From the NCBI RefSeq assembly GCF_009914755.1, contig NC_060926.1: a stretch of 64,000 nucleotides of DNA. The stretch is one strand, 5' to 3'. This stretch comes from the human T2T-CHM13v2.0 reference genome, Homo sapiens. The translations under genes and the position numbers were made by a program. Below the pieces are notes generated by a model, which was not told where the DNA came from, made no database searches, and saw only the letters and a program-made list of their open reading frames with translations. This document shows, one piece after another, positions 43,500 through 57,499 of the stretch (position 1 is the stretch's first letter; every line of letters begins with the position of its first letter).

Positions 43500-45720
43500 G
43501 TGCACTAGAAAGATAACTGCAAGTATAATAATTGTCCCATCCTCTTGCAGACTTTTCTTAAACAAACCCCATCAGATAATCATACACAGAATTAGACGTG
43601 TCCTGAGAAAGTTCACAGTACAAAACTAGAGAAGGAGAAGAGTTGTGAAAAAGGCACAGAACTTTACTGGGACTCTCACTTTTATGTCCCCAGGGAAAAA
43701 ACAAAACAAAACAAAAAACCCTTAATTTGTGAGGAGAGAGGCAAAGAAATACTGTTGTCCTAAGGACATTAGAGAAAATCTATTGTAGTTAGATGAAGGA
43801 AACAGGAGAAAAACCCTCTATCCATGGGAAAGGAACAGACTGTCTACAAGGCCAAGGGAAGAAAGGGGCACTGAAAAAAGTAACCCTTAAGACCCACAAG
43901 ACATAATGTCTGCCTAAAGTTTTAACAGAACACAGAATGTCCACACCCTGCTCCCCACTGCCAAGCTAACAAACATCAAGTAGCAAGTAACTTGCACCAA
44001 ATAAACCCTCCTTAATGTACAGTGCAAAGAGCAGATAAAATCTCAGTGTGGAACAGTTATTTAAACAAAACAAAACAAACAAATAAACAAAAATCTCTTC
44101 GGCAAAGAAGCCACCACCCTAAACACAAGGTATTGCTAAGAGAATTTGAAGTCTATAATGTGCTGAGTTTAAACCTAGCTAGAACAAACTCCAAAGCCAG
44201 CCTATTTCCTAACTAGACTGACTCAAACTCATACATTAAAGGGTTAGCTGAGATAGAGTTAAGACCATTTTCCTAAAAAGAGTTCTTGCCACAGTCTTTA
44301 CTGTCCTACACAGATGTCTAGTTATCAATAAAAATAAGGTGGAGCACACAATATGGTAATAAGAAAACAACACAAGCCAAAAGACAAAGTAATCATTGGA
44401 ACTGGACTGAGATATTAAAGATGGTGGAACTGACAAGAAATAGAAAAAACTATGATTTACTATGATTAATATGGCAAAGTCCCTAATAAAGAGAGTGAAC
44501 AATAATCAAAATCTGCTGAGAGAGCAAGAGGGAGAGAGAGAGAGAGAAAGTATTGGGAAGGAAATCAAAATGGTAGAAATGAGAAACACAGAAATGGTGA
44601 TGAAGATTTCTCAGTGGACTCAATACAGCTGAGGAAAGAATCAGTGAACATGAAGACAAGGCTATTAAAATTACAGAAAATGAAACATAAAGAAAAGAAG
44701 TTGGAAGCTAAAACAACAACAACAATAGAGCATCCAAGTTCTGGAACAATATTAAATGATCTAAAACACTTGTAAATAGGCCAAGCACAGTGGCTCATGC
44801 CTGTAATCCCAATATTTTGACAGGCCAAAGTAGGTGGATCACTTGAGTCCAGGAGTTCAAGACCAGCCTGGGCAACATGGCAAAACCCCATCTCTACAAA
44901 AACACAAAAATCAGCTGGGCATAGTGGCTCACATCTGTAGTCCCAGGTACTCAGGGGGCTGAGTCGGGAGGATCCCTTGATCCAAGGAGGTTGAGGCTGC
45001 AGTGAGATATGCTTGCACCACTGCACTCCAGGCTGGGCAACAGAGCGAGATGCTGTCTCTAAATAAAATAAAATATGTGTAAGTAGAATTTGAAAATGTG
45101 ATGAGTGAATGGGATAGGGGAAACATTTGAAGAGCTGTTGGTTAAGATTTTTCAGAACTCAAAGCACAGATTAGAGAACACCAAACAGGTTAATTACTGT
45201 AATAAAATAAAGATAAGATTGCAATTAAATTAAAAAGTAAAGTAAAATTAGGTGATAAAGGAAAAGATAACACACATGAAAACATAAAACTAGGAAGAAT
45301 ATTGAAGGTAGCCAGAAAAGAAAAAAAGGCACATTGCATGCAGAGGAACAAAGATGAGAATCACAGCAAACTTCTCTTTAGAAACAATATAAGTTGTAAG
45401 ACAATGGAGTGGCATCTTTAAAGTGCTAAAGGAAAAAAATATCTCAGTTCAGTATTTTATATCCAGCAAAATTTTTTTTAAAGTAGAAATATATTCTCAA
45501 ACAAAAAAAAATGTTGTTTGAATTTAACGCTGATAGCTCTACTCTATAGGAACTGTTAAAGGAAGTTATTCAGAAAGTGAAATATGTTACCAGAAAGAAA
45601 CTAAGATATACACACACAAAAAAGAGTAATTTACTTTTTTCCCATTTCTAATTGCTTAAAAAGGTCACTGACTCCCTATATAAAAATAGTAGGAATATAT
45701 TATATGATATAGCACATAAT
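43500..45720 (+). mobile_element. Old L1M 5'/ORF1 region
   Basis: ORF1-like agaggaacaaagatgagaatcacagcaaacttctc...atctttaaagtgct...ttttatatccagcaaaa. Confidence 0.65.
44779..45072 (+). mobile_element. AluJ
   Basis: Alu dimer with J-type ggaggatcccttga; (taaaa)n tail. Confidence 0.92.
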
Positions 45721-45929
45721 ACATCTTCATGCTTTGCCAGTGTCTTACGATTGCCCATATCCTTAATGCTATGTTGGAAACTTGATATTGGATAAAACCA
45801 CTGACATTTGTGTGTCTGATTTGACAGTCAAACACCTCAGAGAGAACAATGAGAAAGAATAGAAATAGAAATTTAACAATAATTAAAAAGATTCAAGATA
45901 TATATGCCAATAATAACTAAAATTTTTGA

Positions 45930-46480
<551 letters not shown>

Positions 46481-46960
46481 CCCCCTCATATTAGACGCAG
46501 TATATCATTAAGAAAATGTCAGTTTATTAAAAAAAAGAATATGTAAAAATATGAATAAATGAAAACACAAGAATACTTCACGCATAAAACGAAAAAAACC
46601 CTAAAATTTGAGAGAATACTAATGTAATTTTGCAGAACTTTTTAAGCAATATGCATGATGATAACATACATCAAAATCCTAAAAAATGCATAAAGAAATT
46701 TGATCCAGAATCCTAGAGATTTACCCTTAAGCAAACATCAAAGATGTTTTATAAATATATATTTTGTGAAATTATTTATTTAAAACTCTGAAGAAACTAA
46801 ACTTTGCATACAATAAAATTGGTTCAATGAATCCTAGTACTTCTGATACTTTTAACCTTTAAATGTTAATGACGTTAACAAAATTATTTAGCAAAAATAT
46901 CAGTTAACAAAGCAGCCAACATTGTTTGCTTTCAAATTTATGTGTGTAAATGCTACTTAC

Positions 46961-47247
46961 TTTTTTTTTTTTTTTTTTGAGACAGAGTCTTGCTCTGTTG
47001 CCCAGGCTGGAATGCAATGACATGATCATGGCTTACTGCAGCTTCACCCTACTGGACTCAATCTTTCCACCTTGGCCTCCGGAGTAGTTGAGACTACAGG
47101 TGTGTACCACCATCAGGCTAGGCTAATTTTTAAAATTTTTTTAGAGATGGGGTCTTACTATGTTGCCCAGTCTGGTCTCAAACTCCCAGGCCCAAGGGAT
47201 CCACCTGCCTCTGCCTGGGATTACAGGCCTGAGCCACCATGACTGGT
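46961..47247 (-). mobile_element. AluJ
   Basis: Poly-T, diverged dimer; TSD aaatgctac. Confidence 0.9.
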
Positions 47248-47969
47248 AAAATGCTACGTTTTAATATTTAATATAGGTATGCATGCACAGAAAATTGCTA
47301 GATATTTATGTAATAGTATTAATGGTTAATAACCATGGACAGTGTGATTAGGGGTTATTTTTTATATTGTGCTTTTATGCATTTTATAATTGTTCTATGG
47401 TAAAAATGCTTTTGAATTAAAACAATTGTTTTGCATACATATATATTTTTCAAAGCCAAATTTCTGAAGAGAAAGTGTGGGCCATAGTGTTAAAACTTAG
47501 AATCAGTTTTTGCTCCAATCAATTTTATAAATAAAATAAAAGTTTAATACACAAACTTAAAAGTTTCATGCTACTATTAGATTTTATAGCTCTTAGTGAT
47601 ATGAAAATCCACAAAAATTTTAATTTTTAAGTTTTCAGTAAATATTTCATGAGAAAATATTAAGATTTATATTTGTAGAAAACAAATAATATTGTGGAAG
47701 TAGTAAAAAGAACCCTTGTTCATTCCCACTTAGAGTCTGAGAGAAGACTAGTCATATTGAAGCAAGAAGTTTTTTGAAAAGAATATGTGCAATGTCCTTG
47801 ACTAGATCATGTAAGAACATTGTATTGCAATGTGGTTGGGACTGATACTGATTGAAATGTATAGTGACAAGGAAGTGACACAATCCAACTTGTGTTTTAG
47901 GAAACTTAATCTGCTTATGGTATGCTGAATTAAAGTGGGGCATCTTTTTCTTTAAAAAAAATAAGAAGT

Positions 47970-49815
47970 TGTGTCAGTTTATATCCTCTGAGGAGTAGAT
48001 GCCAAGACTAAATATGTAAGATATTTATTGGAGAAATGGTTGTGAAACATAAAAAAGATGATAAGCATAGGCAAGAAGACCTCCATATCATGGTGAAGCT
48101 CTGCCCATCTGTGAAAAAGTGCTTTTGTTGTTGTTTTGAGACGGAGTCTCGCTCTGTCGCCCAGGCTGGAGTGCAGTGGCGCGATCTTGGCTCACCGCCA
48201 GCTGCGCCTCCCGGGTTCAGGCCATTCTCTGACTCAGCCTCTCCGAGTAGCTGGGACTACAGGCGCCCGCCACCACACCCGGCTAATTTTTTGTATTTTT
48301 AGTCGAGACGGGGTTTCACTGTGTTCTCTATCTTCGACCTCGTGGTCCGCCCACCTCAGCCTCCCAAAGTGCTGGGATTACAAGCGTGAGCCACCGCGCC
48401 TGGCCTGTGAAAAAGTTTCATAGTAAAGCTCAGGTCTGAGAAAGTTTTGGCCAAGCTGATCAGGAGTCCTCAAATGAAAGCTGCTCATCAGAGAATCAAC
48501 ATGGGGCAGGAGTGGTCAGGTTCTAATACCCCTGTAGAGGCCAGTCATTGGCTGGGACCTCCCAGGGGAGGTGTGGACTGGCGTGAATGCTGTGGTGAAT
48601 CCAAAGTCATGGCAGCTGGAGGATTCCAACCAGCTATGCTCCCACAGCTAAACGGGACGCCTCCATACCTGCCACAGTCTCCTTGTGCTACAGAGATCCA
48701 TTTCTGCACCTATATATGGGTGGTTATTTCATGATTCTGGGGACCATTATTCCTAGGAGAAAATTTAGAAGAAGGATTTTATTGGCTAGTAGGTTGAATT
48801 ACTCCTCTTCCAATTACAAATTCCTTTTATCCTAGCTTGTTACTTTGTCAGTCTTAATAGCTTACCTGGAAGTGTGGCCCAAACCTTCACTCCTGAGAAG
48901 TTTAAGCCTTAGGTAATTATATCTTTTTCAGTCTCAGGTTGTTTCGTGTATCTATTTATAATTAGTATAGGGCAAGGGAGTACAGGAGGCACTCACATGG
49001 ATCACCAGGCTTTCACATGTATCCTCCCTAACTCTATTGTATAAAAGCAATTCTATCTCCTTGTGCTGCCCAGTCAATTTAGCATGCCAAGATGGTCTTT
49101 CATGTCTATGGATTCTTGAGCATAAGGAGTTCAAAGAGCCCAGGTAGCAGCTGTAGCTTGTAATTCAATGAAACTTGTGCTATGCCCCTGGCAAAAGTAC
49201 ACACTTCTTGATGAGCAGGACTTCTAACCCTGCAGAGCCTAGGGTTGTAGGGATGTGAATTATAGGAATGAGAAGCTCAGTGACAGTCAGAAGAAGATTG
49301 TGAATGATAATGATGGGGCTGACTTCTTTCCTGGAATCACCTGTTTACATTTGGACCCTTCAAGAAGAAAATGCCAAGACTAAACTAGATGTGCAGGAGA
49401 TTTCCAGGGTAATGCTTCTGGAGGACAAACAGAGAAGAAACAGGAGTAGGCAGAGAGCCTTCACATCTCAATTGCAATGGAGAGAAAAATTGGATTAAGA
49501 GTCTCAGAGTGCAAGTATAGTCCTGAGAAAGTTTTGGCCAAGCCAATGGAGAGCCCCATAGCCAAAGCTGCCCATTAGAGGAATCCCATATCAAGTAGAA
49601 TTGGATGGGTGAGAATTCTCAGGTGGCTGAGAGTTCTACTACTCTCTGCCACTCCCTGCCATACTCAATTGTTGACTGAAGGCAGCAAACTGGAAGTGGC
49701 CTTGCATGTGCATGGGATGGGTGTAAAGTTATAGCATCTGCAGACTGTCAATCGGCTATGCATCCCAAACAGTTTCTCTTAAAGAGAAATATAAGCAGTT
49801 CAGCTCACCTCCAAG
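47970..49815 (-). mobile_element. LTR33-like ERVL remnant: LTR (47970-48676), short internal piece (48677-49341), second LTR (49342-49815)
   Basis: Both LTRs share atgccaagactaaa, ctgagaaagttttggccaagc and gcagctggagg/gcatctgcag; internal part resembles the ERVL 3' dUTPase region. Confidence 0.7.
48123..48405 (-). mobile_element. AluY (CpG-rich, small internal deletion)
   Basis: ccattctc and acaggcgcccgccacc diagnostics; TSD tgtgaaaaagt (48110-48120, 48406-48416). Confidence 0.92.
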
Positions 49816-50059
49816 ACTGGAGAAAAAGGAATTTTTTTTTTCAAAATATTATGTTAGTCCAGGGGAAAGAAAAATGGTCTTGCATTGATTGCATATGTAC
49901 AGTTTGACTTCTTATGGAGGGAAAGGGACTACTTGAGATACATTTATACCGTGTAAAATATTCTAAATATGGAAGTTTTCATCCCTATGCCGTTGTGAAA
50001 ATTGTGTTTTGATGTATACCTCACAAGCAAAAGGTGTTATTGTCTTTATACCAGATGTA

Positions 50060-50642
50060 TACAGGCATGCATCACTTAATGACAGGAATACATTCTGAGA
50101 AATGCCTCATTAGGCAATTTCATTGTTGTGTGAACATCATAGAATGTATTTACAAAAACCTTGATGGCTTAGCCTACTACACACCTAGGCTACAAGGCAT
50201 CTGACCACCATTGTACATGTAGTCTGTCATTGACTGAAATGTTAAATGACTGATATGGTTTGGCTCTGTGTCCCCACCCAAATCTCATCTTGAACTGTAA
50301 TCCCCATGTGTCAAGGGAGGGGCCTGGTGGGAGGTGATTGGATCATAGGGGCTGTTTCCCCCCTGCTGTTCTCATGATAATGAGGGAGTTCTCAGAAGAT
50401 CTGATGGTTTAAAAGTGGCAGTTTCCCCTGCACGTGCTGTGCTCTCACTCTCTCTTCTGCTGTCAGGTAAGAAGTGCCTTTCTTCCTCTTCACCTTCCAC
50501 CATTATTCTAAGTTTCCCAAGGCCTCCCCTGCCTGTGGAACTGTGAGTCAGTTAAACCTATTCTGTTTATAAATGACCCAGTCTCAGGTAGTTTCTTTAT
50601 AGCAGTGTGAAAATGGACTAATACAATGACACAGGACAGTAT
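50060..50642. mobile_element. Short Tigger3/MER7 derivative interrupted by a MaLR LTR
   Basis: caggcatgcatcacttaatgacagg...agcctactacacacctaggcta...tcattgactgaaatg. Confidence 0.75.
50251..50625 (+). mobile_element. THE1D/MSTA-like MaLR solo LTR
   Basis: tgatatggtttggctctgtgtcccc...ggactaataca; perfect TSD atgac. Confidence 0.9.
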
Positions 50643-52024
50643 ACACAAATGTGTGAGATAGCCTGAGGGGGCTAAAGTTGTCTATATTAGTGATCACATT
50701 TTCTTTGTGTATTTTATTATTTAAAATAGTATCTGAATGTAAATAGAATAAAATTTTACTTTTCTGTACAGATTTTACTCACTTCAAAAATATTTTAGTG
50801 ATATTTGCTCTGGGGATATTCTTTAGCACTTTTTAAATTGTCAGTCAAAATCTATGAAGAACATCACTAACCATATTTGTCAGTTTTTACAAATATTTTA
50901 CTTTACTTTCCTTGTTGGTAGAGAATCTATCTAAGTGCTATAAAAATTGTGTGGGAGCTAGACATACAACATATATTGACTGACTGATATTTGCATTTGG
51001 ATTTATTTATATGAGATGAGGTCAAGGATGTTTGAATATTAGTGTGCTGACATTAATCTACAGAACCACTCATAATAGAATTCTTATAGACCAAGCATTT
51101 TTAGAAATTTCACTCACTCCCAACCTTGATGAACTGTCATAATAATTGATTGTATTAACGGAAATAAATAGCCCAAATTTGGCTCACTCTCAAAATGACC
51201 CTGTTTCAACTGACACAGATGAGGAATAAGGTTATTTCATGTTGCCCCAGCCAGGTCAAGGATTAAAGGAAAGCGTTGGCTTGTGCCTTTAATTTGATCC
51301 TGCAGACAAGTGGATGAATCGGCTTTGTCAGTCTCTTTCTCTTTGGCGTGGATACCAATAACCTTGCTTCACGTTCTTGTTTCTCCTAGAGGGAAGGATT
51401 TTGGCAGAATACTGCTTACTTTTACAGTTAGAAAAGTTATACAGTTTAAGGAGGGAACAGTAATTACAAGCCATTAAACTCAGAAGGCCATCGGCATAGA
51501 CAAACATTCTGAAGAGGACACAGCCTTCAAGTTGAGTAAAGGATGATTACTAGAGCATTTTAGTAGAGAGCTGGTGAAGGAGAGGAAGAAATAACTCTGG
51601 AAATGTGCTAAGGCAGCAGACCTATGAAAATGCAGTTAGACACGGCAGTGACTACATTGATTATGCCAGGAATGATTTAGCAGGGGTGTTTCACACTTGC
51701 CATTAAACAAAGTGCCATAATGGGGTTTAAAATGTACTCAGATTCTACTTGCTATATCCAGTTTAAACCATAGAGGTGTCACTTACATTATTACTCTTTG
51801 TTGGTTTGTGGGAAATTCTCTAGCCTTTGTGACTGGACTGCTTTTCCTCTTAGCTCCGGATTCAGTGATTGCAAAAATTTGTTTTCCTCCTTGTCAATTC
51901 GTGACTGTCTTTGGTTAAAAATACATCTTGAAACTTTCCTGATTTAATTGCATTCAATTATTTCCCTTCAATGTCTTAAACACTGCATAAATAATATTTC
52001 TGACATTGGTTTGAAAGGAGGTTT

Positions 52025-52600
52025 AAAATATATTATTATTATATATGACATAAAAATATATTATACATAAAATATGTATAACATATAAAAATATATTTTT
52101 ATATATTATAGATAAAATTATATTATATTACATGTAATATATAATATGTAAAATATATTATATTACATATATAATATATAATATGTAAAATATATTATAT
52201 TACATATATAATATATAATATGTAAAATATATTATATTACATATATAATATAAAATATTACATATAATATATTTTACATAAATATATATTATCTATTACA
52301 TATTTATTATATGTAATAATATGTACATATGTATAAATATGTATATATTTATACATATGTATATATTATATATACATATATATGTATATATTATATTATA
52401 TATACATATATATGTATATATTATATTATATATACATATATATGTATATATTATATTATATATACATATATATGTATATATATTATAAATATGTATAATA
52501 AAGATTTATATGTAATAAATATGTAATACATAATATACAACATAATATATTTTATATTGATATAAAAATGTCATAATATATTTTTAGATTATGATAAGGA
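52025..52600. repeat. AT-rich minisatellite block (37-bp and 30-bp units)
   Basis: ataatatgtaaaatatattatattacatatataatat about 3x; tatacatatatatgtatatattatattata about 4x. Confidence 0.9.
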
Positions 52601-53205
52601 TATAATCACCTTTATAAATAGATTGTCAGTTCTCACTAAACGAGCATTTTTTATTTCTTTGGTATACTTCCATAAACATCATGTCATTCATCTGAATACA
52701 GTAAGGATAGTCAGATGGCAAGCCTTTTCAACAATAGGGCATTTATTTCTGACATAAATGACAAGAAAAAGAAAAATTGAAATACCCTATGTGTGTAGGG
52801 TGTTTTCCCACTCAGTTGAAAAGAGAATGTTACAACATTTTTTTTGCATTTTTATAAGAATCTGCTCTCCATGTGTTTTCTAGGATAAAATAGAGATTGA
52901 AATTCCACTCCACTATCAAGTTAGAAGTTGATTACTTTATGGAGATTATGTGACCAAGTATGATGTTTGTTAGAACAGAATTAAATAAACAATAATATGA
53001 AGTAGTAACAGAAAATGTGGTATTTTCAATTGCTGCCTGTTGAAGCCCCTGTATTTTTTTTAGCAGGTTTTGACTTCAGAATAAAATTCTATAATACCTA
53101 ATGCCATCCATGTTGCTACCCTTTGCTTCTTAACACCATTCCTAATCAGAATGCACCTATATGGGTGGGATTCAAATGACTTAACCATCCATATGCTTAC
53201 TAATT

Positions 53206-53663
53206 GTATTAAATTTCTATTGCTGCTACAGCAAATTACCATAAATTTAGTGGCTTAAAAACCCAAACTTATTATCTTATAGTTCTGGAGATTGGAAGTC
53301 CAAAATCAGGGCTAAGCTCCTTCCAGTGGATCTAGGAAAGGTCTGTTTCCTTGCCTTCTTTAACTTCCATAGCTGCATTCTTTGCTTTGCTTGGCTTCTG
53401 GTCCATTCCTCCATCTTCAAAGCCAGGAGGGTAGCATCTTGCTTCAGTCAACATATTGCCTCTTCTTCTTCTGTATGTAGTCCAATTTCCCTCTACCTCT
53501 CTTTTAGAAGGACACTTGTGGTTACATTTAGGACCCACATAGATAACCTAGAATAATCTCTCCATCTACAGATTCTTAATTTAATTACATCTGCAAAGTC
53601 AACTTTGCCATATACAGTAATATAGGACCTGGATATTTTTGGGGGCCATTATTCAGGCCTACC
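53206..53663 (-). mobile_element. MLT1C/D MaLR solo LTR
   Basis: tgtattaaatttctattgctgct...cttaatttaattacatctgcaaagtc...ggggccattattca. Confidence 0.85.
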
Positions 53664-54472
53664 ATTCTAACTAATGTGTTGCACTTTACAGATTTTACCT
53701 TAATTCATAAGTACTTGTAGCAATACTAAACATTTCAGGCATTGCAGTGGGATAGTGGGGAGATACATTTTTGTTCAGAGGGTTGGGGGCTACTTTTCAG
53801 GACCCTTCAATTTACATCACTTAAGTCACTGCCTTACTTGCCAATGTGAAATGTTTATTGTTGCTTGACCTGGACAATAGACCCAGCTTTAACTTTTTCA
53901 AATGTTCATCACACAAACTTCATGTATTTTCTATTCCCACAAGAACTGTAAAATTTGGATGTGATCTTTTCAGTTTCTGGGCTAGTCTCTGGCCCCTCCT
54001 CCCTGTGTATAAGCTTTCCTGTAATGATGTAAATTTTCTTAGCTTTCAACTTCTTCAGGATATGGAGTCAACAACTCCTTTAGTGTAAAAGGTGAATAAA
54101 GCTCTGTGTAAGAGGTGTGCATATATATAATAGATAAAATGTTTCTTTAGTTTCCTTACCGCAAAAGAGGACTTAAAGTTATGATTTAGCAAAACATTGT
54201 CTGTTATACTGATTATATTACCAGATAAATTTATTGTGAGATTTATATAATTTAACAACATCCTTCTTGCAAAGCTAGTTTCATTAAACCATATGATGTA
54301 AATGGTAAACTGTGATCATTTAATGGATGGAATAGAGATTAACGCTTTTCACGAGCATATAAGATGTCAGAAATTGCATTTTTCTCCCCCGTGTAGCAAG
54401 ATTTCTAAAATTATTTTTAAAAATATATGTAAAAAACACTGTTTTTCAGAGTGAGTTAAAAAAAAAAAAACA

Positions 54473-54789
<317 letters not shown>

Positions 54790-54816
54790 CTATAATGAGT
54801 CAAAGCTATATAGGCT

Positions 54817-54854
54817 GCGTTGGTGGTATAGTGGTTAGCATAGCTGCCTTCCAA
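54817..54854 (+). pseudogene. 5'-half tRNA-Gly(TCC) tailless retropseudogene
   Basis: gcgttggtggtatagtggttagcatagctgccttccaa matches the 5' 38 nt of tRNA-Gly-TCC as I recall it, ending in the anticodon loop; flanked by aaagctatatagg / aaaactatacagg. Confidence 0.9.
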
Positions 54855-55040
54855 AACTATACAGGAAAATAATTGTGGATGTTGAAATATGTAAAGGAGA
54901 TAAAGTACTCAATATATACAAGAATCATAAAGAATATATTTATCACTTATGAAAAATGTGATGAAAGAAAATGTTACCTCCGTGGTAGAGAGAGGAAAAG
55001 AGCACAAATGTAAAATGTTTGGAAGCCAAATGAAAAAAAA

Positions 55041-55732
55041 TGTTAACCGAAAAACTAAACTCTTTAGAACATTTTGAAGAGGTTTATTCTGAGCCAACAT
55101 GAGTAACTGTGGCCCACAGAAACAGTCTCAGAGAGTCCCGATAAAGTATACATAAGACAGTGGATTACAGTTTGGTTTTATACATTTCAGGGAGACAGGA
55201 GTTACAGGCAAAGACCTAAATCAGTATGTGGAAGGTATACATTGGTTTAGCCCAAAAAGGCAGGAAATCTTGAACCAGGGGCTTACAAATTACAGGTGGA
55301 TTCAGAGATTTTTTAAAATACACACTGACTAAAGGAACAAAATTGTGTCTAAACACTAGGAGTTAGCAAAAAAGAATGTTTAAGTTAAGATAAAAATGCT
55401 ACATCAGAGTCAGGCAAATATGACCTGTTCAGCAAGGTTATTGGGCTACAGGCATGACTTAACCCTTGCCTTGCATGGCCTTAGGTCTTATTAATAATTT
55501 GGCATCTTATTGCCAAAAATAATCTATTTTATCAGTCTTATGATCTCTATTTTAACATTAATTCTGGTCAGTTTTGTCTAAATTTCAAAGGGGAGTGGTT
55601 ACAACGAGGAGTATCTGATCTCCTTGCCTGTCACGGCCAGGAACTCAGTTTTTAAGGTTTCTCCGGGGTCACCTTGGCCAAGAGGAGGTCTGTTTACATG
55701 ATGGGGGCTTAGGATTTTACTTTTAGTTTATA
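55041..55732 (-). mobile_element. MER4-group (MER4D/E-like) ERV1 solo LTR
   Basis: gtttattctgagccaa...ttttatacatttcagggagac...ccttggccaagag...ggggcttaggatttt. Confidence 0.8.
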
Positions 55733-56939
55733 AGAGAAAAGGCAACATTGATTCAAATGGTCAGTGCATCATTCATCTTTTAAATAAAAAATTGCATAGT
55801 TATTCTTTCTGTTTAAAGCAGAGAACCTATGAGCACATATCTCTAGAGGTACAAGAAGCAAGAATTAAAGCTAACCAACTTGGAGAGTTTAAATACAAAT
55901 CTGCACAAGGCAGTGGGCTGAGTCCAATGAATTGTTGAGAACCCCCTCCCCATTTTTTACTCATTAACTCTAGAATGACATGGAGACTACTGGACTACTA
56001 AGGGTATAGTGATATGTACATTTTAATTACTTTAATAAACAGAAGACCTGAGTCTATGGATCTGTACATTCAATAGAAACCTTAAAGCATAGACCTTGAC
56101 TGTTTAATGAACTTCAGTTGCTAAAAGTAAGCTATGTTTATTAAAACCTCAGAATCTATACTCAAAACAACTAAGAACCACTTGAGGTAATACTTTTTTG
56201 TAACTTATTTTTTATATATGTTATGAGTAAAATATGGGAATGACTTGATTAAAATATTTTGGGGCATTACTTTTCAACAATAATTATTGGAACTTAAGTC
56301 CTCTTCCTTCATTAAAATAATTAGTGCCTCTCAGTTAATGTTAAAGTGCTTGGGTCTCTAACTATTTTGTTATGTAACAGGATTTCCCTATCACATAATG
56401 AGGGTCAGTTTTAGTCAAAGTTTTCCATAATGATTTGTGTAAATAAGAGATATAGTCTCTATTTAAATAATGTCTATTCCTGCGAATATCATAGTATACA
56501 GCTTTATAAGTAATATATTTACAAATATCATTTCTTGTAGTTAGACATTACCTAGAATAGCCACAGATTTATGGAAACGATGATACCACTCCTTCGCTTC
56601 TCACGCACATTGGAAAAGTAGAAGTGTCTTACACTGTTGTTATTAATGTTGTGAGCAGAATATTGGTTCAGAAATGATAAACATTGGTTTGTATTATTCT
56701 TTAGTGTTTTAGCATTAGAATTTTGATGCTCTAATTTCTTATATAAAATGTGCATTCCCAAAATAAATCTTTTGTATCAAGAAATTGTAGCAATCAAGGA
56801 TTTCAGTTCTGTTTTCAATGACTCATGTGTGCGTATTATTTAAATGTAAACTACCATTTTTATGAATGAGTGGTCATCCTGTATGTTTGTAGTTTGAGAA
56901 ACAGATATTGATTGTTGTCCTTCATTCCTTGTGTTTTAG

Positions 56940-56960
56940 ACTTCCACAATGTTACTCTGG
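56940..56960 (+). other. Candidate 21-nt microexon
   Basis: Acceptor tccttcattccttgtgttttag, exon ACTTCCACAATGTTACTCTGG, donor gtgagt; no stop in any frame. Confidence 0.4.
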
Positions 56961-57499
56961 GTGAGTAAATCTCTACTCACTACACAGTTCTATCATTGCT
57001 CTGTGGTTCATTTTATATGACCAGGTTGTGTAGACTGAGCAAGTATGGGACTGATAACACATGTACTTAGGTTTTTGTTTGTTTGTTTTCATTTAACAAA
57101 TGTGTTTATATTTTAAAAATAATTCCACTAAGTTTTTAAAATATAATATGCTAAATACAAAAATTGAAATAACATAGAACCAAAAGAATTAATAAAAACT
57201 AACAAAAATATACTATGCAAACATAACCACTTTGTGTACATGATTCTGGATATTAATAGAAGAATAAATATTTAACAGAAGGATGAGATGGTAATATTGC
57301 AAGAATGGGATTATGCTATATGTTCGTATTTTAATAAAATATTATACTTCAAATTAATTGATTTCAACAGAACTAGAAATTAATTTCATTGGCACAATTG
57401 ATGAGCACATAGTTTTACAACAAAGATTCCGTTTTGATACCATGATTCTCATAGTTGATTAGCCTCAATGCTGTACATAAATGGATCTCATAGACTCAT

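Noticed and set aside
51370-51545. Plus-strand acceptor ttcttgtttctcctag (similar ones near 19379, 41783, 62347)
   Set aside because: No convincing paired donor; expected by chance in T-rich DNA
52329-52526. Y/I-rich repetitive ORF
   Set aside because: Translation of the AT minisatellite
54817-54854. Functional tRNA-Gly gene
   Set aside because: The 3' half, B box and T arm are absent
56552-56633. In-frame TGA in CKTLLLFQCA*EAKEWY as selenocysteine or a PH-domain end
   Set aside because: No SECIS seen, motif spacing does not fit, acceptor is weak
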